Below are positions 44,582 to 54,800 of a stretch of DNA of 64,000 bases, piece after piece. Within the stretch, counting starts at the first letter, position 1. Every line of letters begins with the position of its first letter. Made by a program: the position numbers and the translations under genes. This stretch comes from Schmidtea polychroa (Eukaryota): assembly GCA_044892525.1 (NCBI GenBank), contig CM097888.1, forward strand, positions 46,190,001 to 46,254,000, in the 5' to 3' direction. The notes beneath the pieces are model-generated. The model was not told the origin of the DNA and ran no database searches. It worked only from the letters and a program-made list of their open reading frames with translations.

Positions 44582-45154
44582 TATCAAGTTGTTGGGCTGA
44601 GTCGAAGGGTAGTTGGGAATTAGGGAAACTGAACTAAAATAAAATAAAAAATAAAAACAAATAAATTGACAAATAAAATAGAATAAAACATAAGAAAAAC
44701 AATAATTAGAAAATAAGAATTAAAACAAAAATATAAAGATGAGAAAAATTAAAATAAGACAATAGAATGACAGAAAACAACGTAAAATATAGTAAATACT
44801 AAGAAAATTAAGGAAAATAAATAAAAACATAATTTTAATAAAGAAAGTAAGAAGAAATAACTCGAAAACAAAGAAAATAAATTAAATTAATAAAATTAAG
44901 CGGTACTCAATTCTAATTGGTCCGCGCAAACAAAAAATTAATATATAAGCAGACATTAAAAACATAACAATTACTGTTAATCAAACCACCTCAATAGGTA
45001 AATCTATTCTACGACGGAACAGAACTCCAGCAACTAACGCACGATAACTCACGAGGACAATTCCAAGATTCAAAAGATTTTTACAGAACTAGACGACACT
45101 CGAGCATTAACTGATTCGACATAGTACCCTTTTCGACTCAGCCCATACTTGTAT
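44582..45154. mobile_element. MITE-like element, or LTR-internal inverted repeat, ~570 bp
   Basis: ~30-bp imperfect inverted repeats CAAGTTGTTGGGCTGAGTCGAAGGGTA / TACCCTTTTCGACTCAGCCCATACTTG; non-coding A-rich interior. Confidence 0.45.
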
Positions 45155-47400
45155 CAATCATTCGGTAAGGATTTTTGATTGCTTATTTTGGATTTTTAAG
45201 TAATGCGTATAGTTCAATAATATTCTTAATTTAAAAAATGGTTTTTCTTTTCGTTTGATGTTAGAATGCTTTATTTAAATTAATAATTTGCTTAATAATA
45301 AATGATTTGCTCGTTCAGAATTATCGATCTTTTATGAATTAATTTTTATGAATTATTATTGGAGACCATTCAATTTGGCGAGAAACGTGGCGTTGAGATA
45401 CTCTATGTCATGGTGTGAGGTGCCTTCGGGAGCTCCACCGGTGGACATAGGGTATTTCAATCACGCAGCTAGATTGGGCCGAAATGTGAGGGCTTCTTCA
45501 CGGGTCCAATCGCTGAAGGTGCGACTAAAATCTATAGGTAAATGGGAGCCGAAATTGATAGTCATGTAGTGATTGAAAACAAAGATATGTAATAAAGGAA
45601 TCGGAAAATTTTGATATATTCGCGTAGTGATTGAGGGTGTCACACTATCGTCTTCGAATATCGGTTTTGCTAAGCCTAAATTTTCTCTATCATCAATTTA
45701 AGTCGTGTGTCAAAAATTGTTCAAACCTTAGTGAGGCTATCTGTGACATATCTTCGATGTTCATACTTTTCACTCAGAATCTGTTCCGACCAATTTTTAG
45801 CCTATGACCTTCGGAACTGTTATTCCGTTCATCTAAAAGTTCTCTTAAAGACATAGTTGCCAGGAAGTCAAAGTAGATTGCTTCATACAAGTATTAGGTT
45901 TACTCGAAATGACTGCTTGTAAATAAAGAGTAGAATCAGGTAAAATGATTTAATCCAAATAGTTATTCAGAATTGCATAAAACGAGTTCGTTCCAAATAA
46001 AAGTTTAAATTACATAAAATGATTCGCTATCATAATTTTTTAGAATTTTATATAAAAGGAGTTACATACAATTAATTATCATAATCACATAAACTATTGG
46101 CATCAAATAATTTAAAATTGAAAAATGCAACCAATGCGAGCCACGAAAAATATATTTCTTCAAGTTAGCCGATGATCTTGTTAATTAAATATAAAATTCC
46201 AGTATTTCGTGGGGTTGGCAATCCAGCAGGGATAGGTAGAAATCCTCCAGCACTTAGAGAGTAGATCGATAAACTAGGTTTGAGGAATTAAAGACGAAAA
46301 ATCCACCCTTGGAGCAAGCTATATCCAACATTTGCAATACAGATAATTATAATTTTTCCAATAATCCGGTGAGAATTAGTAAATCAGCGCCATATGCAGG
46401 AGAATTGTGAGTGATTACGCGATAGATAAAATTCTGAGAAAATGACATCTTGCAAACATTTAACACCTACAATTGTAGTATAATTAAGTGTGTGACAGCA
46501 CACCCTGCATGCGTCAGCAGTTACAGACTCACCTAGTGGCCAAGTACAGTGGGCAAAGTCACACACGCCTCTACTCAGGAAAAATCCGACGAACATACCA
46601 GATGGAATTTCTATTAACCAATTAGACTACCGACAGGTATCATATTTCACCGCTCCGGATTAATAGTCAACCACCGGGCTGACATTTCCTTATCTACCTA
46701 GCAGGAATGGTCGGCTACTAGCTCACATTGATACTGTGCTCAGTTATCATAAAGACAATATTTTTTTTTTGTGCTAAACCCGATCGTAATTATGATTATT
46801 CTCTCTTTATTATCGTAGAATGAATGGCACGGAAATTATGTCATTTTTGACATAATTATCATTAATATTAATGTCGAATATTATTAATAAATAATATTTA
46901 AACCAGGCAAAACACATGTGAATAATTAGAGAGAATGAATAAATAATTAAAAATTTAAATAGCCTTCCGTTTATCCTGTAGGAATTAATCAACAGACATT
47001 ATGGACCCCTTTTCCATAGATAGTCACTCGACCCCAGTACATGATACCCTCATCAAAATCACTCGTACGGGGGGAGAAGTCAACAAGGTAACTCGATTCT
47101 CGGTAAACGTGAAATAATGACTTCAAGCGGATTGACTAAATAATCAATTTTCGTCGATCTAGAATTCCTCTCACTAATAGTATTACCTTCCTTTCCGTGT
47201 ACGGAATCTGGTTTGATCGATTTATCTTCTTATAATCAAAGACCCAAAAGGTATGAGAATCCATCGTGCAGTAGTACTTGTCTTGACTGGTAAACTCATA
47301 TTTTTGTCTATGATCAGTAAAGTATGAATGGGGTCAGATGGTGACACTCCCGTTGAGTTAATTATTTTCATTTTTCATTTTTTTTCACAGTCACTCAAAA

Positions 47401-48147
47401 ATGTTGCCAAATTCCAAGACCGTTCTTCGACCTTGTTTTTCTTGCTCCGACAAGAATTCAATTATCAAAGAGCTCCAGGCCCAAATCGGAAAGCACAAAA
47501 GAAGGATAGATGAGTTGGAGGGGACATGGTTTAGTCCCACCCAGATGAAGGAGGCTCAGAAGAAGCTGCATCGAAGCGAGCACTGTAGAGACGCGTTGAT
47601 TTCCGAGAGTCGGGCGCAGAGGAGCCTGATAAAAGAGCAGTCGGAGGCGCTGCACAAATTATACGTTGCAGCAGCTACAAGGAGGATCGCGAAGATCCCA
47701 ATTAATGAAGCCAGTAATCTTTTCCCAGCACATCATGATATCTCTGGCGGATCTTCTTCTCCAGTCGGAAAGTCCTGCCATGGGTGCGTAGAGACCGAGC
47801 TCTCACCTAAAGAACCAGAAATCATCTTTACCGGAACCAGTAAAGCGTTACCTGTGATGGCATCTACCTCTGCAGCACCCCCGACCAATCCAACGGCATC
47901 GAAGCCAAAGCGTCGGCAATTATCGAGAGCCGAACGCAAAAGGAAACAGCGGGAACGCGTAACCGCCAAACAGAACCAGCAATCGTCGGATCATCTAATC
48001 AAAGTCATCAACCCTCCTGCAGTAATCGATTTAGCATCAGTGATCTCAGGGCGAATCATCTCCGCCGCTGGGGTTTCCTGGGAGGAAAATGCCTCTGAAT
48101 TTTTCGACTTGGAAGATCTGTTGGCAGACTCAGAGTGGGAGAAATGA
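47401..48147 (+). CDS. LTR-encoded 248-aa protein (coiled coil, basic NLS-like stretch, acidic tail), unknown function
   Basis: Strong polypyrimidine-CAG acceptor ending 47390, just before the ATG; KRRQLSRAERKRKQRER; AATAAA at 48284. Confidence 0.6.
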   Translation: MLPNSKTVLRPCFSCSDKNSIIKELQAQIGKHKRRIDELEGTWFSPTQMKEAQKKLHRSEHCRDALISESRAQRSLIKEQSEALHKLYVAAATRRIAKIPINEASNLFPAHHDISGGSSSPVGKSCHGCVETELSPKEPEIIFTGTSKALPVMASTSAAPPTNPTASKPKRRQLSRAERKRKQRERVTAKQNQQSSDHLIKVINPPAVIDLASVISGRIISAAGVSWEENASEFFDLEDLLADSEWEK

Positions 48148-48283
48148 GAACTTCTCCGTAACAAGTCTTCGTTCACTGAAATGACCCGAACATTGTCGGA
48201 TAACATTTTTACCTTTGTTTCTTTTCCTGTGGTCGTAACTTTTATTGTATAGGTGTTAGGTATATTTGTGTGATAATCTTAAT

Positions 48284-48289
48284 AATAAA
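48284..48289 (+). terminator. Putative LTR polyadenylation signal
   Basis: AATAAA followed by a GT/T-rich downstream element, ~420 bp upstream of the LTR end. Confidence 0.5.
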
Positions 48290-48719
48290 CCATTTTGTCT
48301 GCATACGTTTCCTTTTGTGTTCATCCTAGGACAGTTGAGTTGAAATTGGTGAAGGGTATTGAGAGTCATAAAACTAGGAGGAGCATTAGTCAGTTGGCAA
48401 ACTCAGCTAGAAACATTGCGATGGGGCGACGGAATGAGTAGACGTAAGTCCTTCTATCGGCAGTCAGGGTTGGGAAGTCGAGGCCCCAGTAAGGAGTAGT
48501 CCGGAGGAGCTGGTTCACCTGCTTACTGGCGTCTCGCCGGCATAGCACAGTTCCAACGTGAAGCAATTCACGGGTGCTATGTTGGAGTGTAAGTTATGTA
48601 CGGGTCCCGCTCGGCGATGACCAAATAAATGATGGGCGAAATCGAGGTGGCATTCATCCTCTAGACTAAAGTTGCACTAGAAAGGGGTCATCCGAGTAGT
48701 GTACCCGCAACATAATTTT

Positions 48720-48737
48720 TGGGGGCTCAGCCGGGAT
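48720..48737 (+). promoter_or_regulatory. Primer-binding site, tRNA-Pro type
   Basis: TGGGGGCTCAGCCGGGAT matches 16/18 of the canonical MLV Pro PBS TGGGGGCTCGTCCGGGAT; it lies 7 nt after the CA LTR end. Confidence 0.8.
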
Positions 48738-49035
48738 ATAGATTGAAATTTCCATTGGTCAGTGTAAACTGGATAAGGATGTTATTGAGTGAATTTCTGT
48801 CGAATAGAGTGAACTCACCGGGGTAAGTGATTCCAATGGGTTAGCGAGTGCAAATTGACTAATGCTTATCGAATCTTATTATAAATCACGAATAGAAAAT
48901 AATAAAATTAAAAATATAAATAAAGCAAATTTAATGATGGAGAAATAAGATAAAAGTAAAATAACGATAACGAGTTAGATAAGAGAATGTCCGACGAAAC
49001 GAAGTCATATACTACTGAAACATTTTTTTTTAGAC

Positions 49036-49521
49036 ATGACGGAATTCAATGATCAGATACAACAACTAATCAACTTCATAAACATCGAGAATGACTCCCT
49101 TAAAACGCTGACACAAAAGAGAGAAAGAATTAACATCATACTACTCCAAGCAATCGGGCAAACACCAGCCGTCCCCAACCACATGTTATTAGCCACAGGA
49201 CTAAGTCACCCAGATGGGAAGGTAAACCCGGAAACCGTGTACCAATGGTATCAAGAGAGATTGAACCACCCAGCATTAAATCTTGATTATCAACGTATAA
49301 AAGATCCCTTAAATACCATATCAGATACAATCGAGCGGAAAATACAAGAAAAACTGACTCTACTACGAACTTGCCTTGCTTGTAAACTTCGTCCTATTCG
49401 CGTACTGTTTTTGCCGTGTGGACACCTCAGTCACTGCGAAGAATGCGGGAACGAGCTAACAAGATGCACGATATGTAAGCACGAGATAAAAGAAACTCAT
49501 ATGGTCTACTATGGTGAATGA
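49036..49521 (+). CDS. 161-aa protein with a C-terminal IAP-type C3HC4 RING finger (putative E3 ligase), no BIR
   Basis: CLACKLRPIRVLFLPCGHLSHCEECGNELTRCTICKHEIKETHMVY; splice acceptor TTTTTTTTTTAG 2 nt before the ATG. Confidence 0.88.
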   Translation: MTEFNDQIQQLINFINIENDSLKTLTQKRERINIILLQAIGQTPAVPNHMLLATGLSHPDGKVNPETVYQWYQERLNHPALNLDYQRIKDPLNTISDTIERKIQEKLTLLRTCLACKLRPIRVLFLPCGHLSHCEECGNELTRCTICKHEIKETHMVYYGE

Positions 49522-50158
49522 ATAGTGAAAGATACAGTAACATCTAGGAACATTGAATTTACACGGCTATTGAATGAGAATAAGTGTAATTGATGTGTGA
49601 AAATTGATTAAAGTTTTAATTTTTATTTTTTATGGTGAATAAATTTTTGTTATGAACTGAGTAATTATGGCTTTTAATCCTATTTTATAATTGTTTTTTG
49701 AATCAAACGAAAAGAAAACCGAACTAACGTGGAATTAGTCCCAATATAGGCTGTAAGGGTACAAACCGAGCCACCTTAGGGCGGTACGTTCTATCATACG
49801 ATAAAACCAATTGGGAGGGGATAACCGATCAACCTAAGTGAGGAGCGTAGGGCGGGGTACCATCGCAAATGATGAGAAGTTTCTGCGGCATGACTGATCA
49901 CCATGCCAATGTAGAAATGGATCATCGCGATCGTCGTGCGTTTTGAGCAAGGGGGGAAAGGGGACACACTCCCGTGCGGTAAAGATTAAGCCAACAAATT
50001 AAAAATAGACAGAGAAAATGGTAATCTTGAGTAAAAGAAGAAAGAGAGAAGTAGAAGGATGCAGAGTAAAGAATGTTAAAGCCGAGCTGTAAAATAGTCC
50101 AGCCGGTCAAGGGAAACGAAAACTGAGCTGTGAAAAGTCCAGCCAGTTCGGAGATATT

Positions 50159-50456
50159 AAGATCGAGTTGTTGAATAGTCCAACCGATCAGAAGGAGGAA
50201 GATTGAGCTGTTGAATAGTGCCAGCCAGTCGTAAGATCGAGTTGTTGAATAGTCCAACCGATCAGAAGGAGGAAGATTGAGCTGTTGAATAGTGCCAGCC
50301 AGTCGTAAGATCGAGTTGTTGAATAGTCCAACCGATCAGAAGGAGGAAGATTGAGCTGTTGAATAGTGCCAGCCAGTCGTAAGATCGAGTTGTTGAATAG
50401 TCCAACCGATCAGAAGGAAGAAGATTGAGCTGTTGAATAGTGCCAGCCAGTCGTAA
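50159..50456 (+). repeat. Tandem array of 4 x 74 bp (each two ~37-bp related halves) in the retroelement leader
   Basis: GATCGAGTTG recurs at 50161, 50235, 50309 and 50383; degenerate half-units at ~50080-50150. Confidence 0.95.
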
Positions 50457-51168
50457 AGGCCTAGAAAAGCGAGAGATAGCAGTTAAGCTACAATGAGGTA
50501 ATATTTAAATTACTAGTGAAATGGAATATTAAAGCTAGCTAGAACAAATAGAAGGTAATTACGAAAATTTGAGTTTAGAGAGGAAATAAACGAGCTCGTG
50601 GAAAAGATAATAAGATTATAATGAAAAAGGAAAGGGAAGAAGGAAACGAATTAAAGAGATAATGGAAAATAAAGAATAGGCGAAACGATGATAATGAGTA
50701 AAGAGGAAAGTAACCAACTAATTAAAGGGACCCCAGTGAAGTAGAGAAACTCTACGGAATAATATTTTTCTTTTTTGGGCGAAGCGGGAGAATATATTTT
50801 ATTGGTTCCAGAGTAGAACCGAGTGAGATAATAGTAAATACGAAAAGTAAAACAGCGACAACCGCGCAAAAAGGACTAGGAAAACGAAAGGGGGGTAATA
50901 AGCAGTGACCGACAACGACCTATTCCTATTATAAGTGATAAAAATAGATAATTATTACGACTCTATAGATAATTGTTACTACCCCATATAGATAATTTAA
51001 AATCGACGAAAATTTCGGGCTGATGGGAGATTATAACCCGCGGAAGTAATTGCATAAAAAATAGGGGAAGCATAAACAGAACCTAAAAGGTGTCTGTGTT
51101 TGAATGTTGCAGAAAGAATGATGAAGTCGTGTAAGCAGATGCAACACGAGATCATTTTTTCATTTTAG

Positions 51169-51489
51169 ATATCAAACCAATCCAGTCAACCAAGACAATC
51201 CAGAACCCGCACAAAAGGAATTCGAAGAAATCGACAATCGACCAAGAATAAATCCATTCAGAACCCGCACCGAGAGACACAGCAACCGGAAGACTCCAGA
51301 ACGGAAGAAGATACAGATAGCGACATCTCCAACTTCGAACGAATCATCGATATATTCAACCTCATAGTATTAGCAGCCATCTGTCAAGGACTAGTAAATC
51401 TCCTCAGAATCACAGTAGCAGATTCATACAGAATACTTATCGAAGGAAACACAATCAGAACTGAACTCGTCCAATTCAGTAGCCGCTAA
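51169..51489 (+). CDS. ATG-less 106-codon open frame, probably a spliced exon of the retroelement
   Basis: Begins at a TTTTTTCATTTTAG acceptor; R/Q/S-rich region, acidic patch, then hydrophobic IIDIFNLIVLAAICQGLVNLL; stop TAA at 51487. Confidence 0.4.
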   Translation: MSNQSSQPRQSRTRTKGIRRNRQSTKNKSIQNPHRETQQPEDSRTEEDTDSDISNFERIIDIFNLIVLAAICQGLVNLLRITVADSYRILIEGNTIRTELVQFSSR

Positions 51490-51827
51490 TTACCAAGAAG
51501 CGTAAGAAAGGAATCACGGATAAACCCAATCTTAGATCTTCAAGTAAGCCAGGAGACGTATTATTTTCAGGAGACGAATTACAACAACTCAAAAGAGGAC
51601 GATCTATTAAACATCAAAGAGGAATATCACAAGGATCAAGAAGAACCAATCAAGTACCTATATTTGACCAAGAAAATCTCGGATACACCCCTAGCCGATC
51701 TCGAAGCAGAGAAAGTCTGTCCGACATCACTAATAGTTTAGCAACGTCAACCGAGGAATTATCAGCCCAAAATTTAGTCACGTCACCGGATAATTTAAAA
51801 GAAACCGACGAATCTAGAACACCAATC

Positions 51828-54800
51828 ATGACGAATGTCGTAAAAACCGACGAGTATAAAGAAAAGTTCCGAGGAGAACCGTTCAATGGAAATGCAAACA
51901 AGCTAGCAACGTTCATAACTAATTTTGAAGTTTATATCACTGTGTGTGGATGGACACCCGAAGCAATTAGTAAAAGGATGCCGTTGTTTTTGTGCGATAG
52001 CGCATTAGAAGTATATTTAGAAGCTAAAGAGAGAGATACGAAATTAGAAAAGTGGGAAGATATCAAAACATTCCTGAAGAAAACCTTCGGAGCCAGTAAG
52101 CCAATCAACCAGGCGTTGGGCGAACTAGCAAATAGGAAACAAAGAGCAAATGAATCCATCACGTTATATGCCAGTGAATTGCGGAGATTGGCAAAGAAAG
52201 CAATGAATGGGAAATTACCAGAAGAAAATTTGATCGGTTATTTCATAGAGGGATTACGCCGAGAAGAAGTAAGAGCCTCAGTAGGTTGTCAAATGTGCAA
52301 AACATTAGAGGAAGCCATAGATTGGGCTACAAGATGCGAGCTCCACCTTCCAGCTCAAATGAATATTATGCAAGAGGAGGGAAGGATAATGACAGCAATA
52401 GCGAAAGCGGATAACGGAGATAACAACAATCAAGAACCGAAAATGAATCAATTTATACCAGGAGCGCACCAAATTTTCAAACCACCACAAGGACGATCAA
52501 ATGGGAATAATGGTAATCGTAACAACCCGAATAATGAGAACAATTTTAATAATCGACGAAATATGAACGATAACAAGCAGTGTCGAACATGCGGTAAACC
52601 AGGACACTGGGACAGAGATTGCTATAGAAATTCAAATTGTAATCGTTGCGGACGGCGTGGACATACCGAAAATGTATGCCAATTGAGAGGTTGTTTTAAC
52701 TGTGGTCAGCCAGGTCACATCTCCAGAGATTGCCGAGAAAGGGGCCAACAACAACGACCACCACAGCGAAATAATAATTATATGGCGAATCCGCAACGAC
52801 AAAGTAACCCTAGCGAAGGAAAACAAATGAACGTTATGCAGGAAATCTCGCAGATGAAACAGATGATGCAACAAATGATGAGACCGAGACCGGAATCAGC
52901 ACCACAACAAACCCAGAATATACGTATGATGAGGAGTACCGAAAATCTCAACAATTATGAAGTGCATCAACATGTACAAGAATGGCAAAGACTACAGGCC
53001 GAGGAAGAGAGGATAAAACAAGAACGCAACCAACAACGACAAGAACAACCATTGCGAATTAATATGATGAAGTTAGTAAAAGACATGAAAAGCCAGTATT
53101 GCTACAATTACGGGAAAAACCCAAGGGTAGTACCCATGACTGAACCAGAAAAGGTAACAGAAACAACAACGGAAATGAAAACAGAGAATTCAACCACGAT
53201 TTTAAAAGGAAACCCGAGAATTCAGAAAATATTCTGGAAAAAGATAAAAGATAAAATCGAAAAAGAACATAATAAAGCGAAAGCCGAGACAGAAGATGAA
53301 AATAACAAGAGCAAGGAACAAACCAGTCAACTAAACCACCAAATGCTACAAGAATTAGAATCAGAAGAAACAACGATATTCGAAAGAAAGAAACTAAAGA
53401 GAGTACCAAGGATGAGAAATTTGCAAATCAATATGATGAAAAGGACAAAAGATGTAGCATCGTCAGACGAAGAAGAAGACTATGTAAGTAGTTTGGGTGG
53501 AGAAATACTACAGCTAAATGAAATAAGCGAACCTCCAAAAGGGGAAATCAAAGAGGAAGAAAGCGAAAGCGAGATAACAAGTGGAAGTGAAGACGAGGAT
53601 ATCGAAATAAAGTTGAGAAAAGCAAGGGAGGAAGCGATAAAACAGGTAGCCGAAATACTCCCGGCGGTAGTGAGAAACCAAGAGTTCATCGACGTAATAC
53701 CATTCAGGCGATTCGTGCAAAAAGTGATGAAATTGGAAAGAAACGAGAAAGATTTAATACCAAACGAGGAAAAATCAATTATAAAAAAGTATATGGAAAA
53801 AATGAAGCAGGCCGATACCACGCGGTATGTAATAAAAATCGGAACGAGCAGAGGACTTGAAAGAATGTGGATCAAAAGTACAGTCACCGACGAACTTTTC
53901 GATTGGATACGAGAACATTTGGGAAATTCGAGAAAGAAAGAATATCTGTATCAATACCAAGGAGAACAGATCAAACCAGATATGCACTTAGTAGATGCAC
54001 TAATATGGCCAGGAGAAACGCAAATACTGAAGTTGCATAAAGAAAAACAACCAGCCAACCTTTACGATTGGGCTAAAGATGCCAAGGCAGAATATGATTT
54101 TAATATCAAATTGAAATTAGAACAAATAAAACAATGTACTCTGAGACGAAACCTGGATAAGCTGATCAAACAAATTCAAGAACAAGTAGAAGACAACTGG
54201 GAATTACTCATCACCAGACGAGCCCCAGCCATGTACGAACTAATGAGCCGATTGCGAGATACAGAAATGCTCCGGATGAGTGATTGGAGAACCATAAATT
54301 TGATCCACAAATATGGAAGGTTAAAAGAAACCCAGCCACAGAGGTTGGAAATAACCATATGGTTACCGAACGAAGAAAAACGACGAATAAAAATGAGCAA
54401 TCGGAGTACAGTGGATGACTTGGTATCAAAGATAAACCAAGAGATAACGGAAAAGGTACGTAGCGAAAGTAGTGATGGTATGGTGGATGATGTAGTCATG
54501 ATGTACGATAAAATAATATTACGAGCAGAAGACGACACCTCGTTAAGCGAATTGGGTATGTGGAACAATCATCAGATCATCAGGATAGTACCAATGGATG
54601 AATTTCGAACAAGAGATGTAATCTATCAAAAAGAAATACGAGACCGGATGAAAACGTTATATCAAAAATCTACAGAAATAATTGAAATCCACCAACAATG
54701 GTTAAAAGAAAAAGAACTACAAGGAAAAATCACGAAATTAAGCACCAGATCCTGCAGACGAACCCCATGGGAAAGAGTGTGGAATGCAGAAAATAAGGAA

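Noticed and set aside
44590-44594. TGTTG as the 5' start of the giant LTR (mirrors the CAACA end)
   Set aside because: It is only a 5-bp match and sits inside a separate 30-bp inverted repeat. It cannot be confirmed without the 3' LTR.
50159-50456. CRISPR-like appearance of the 74-bp array
   Set aside because: The intervening sequences are repeated rather than unique spacers, the context is eukaryotic, and there are no cas genes.
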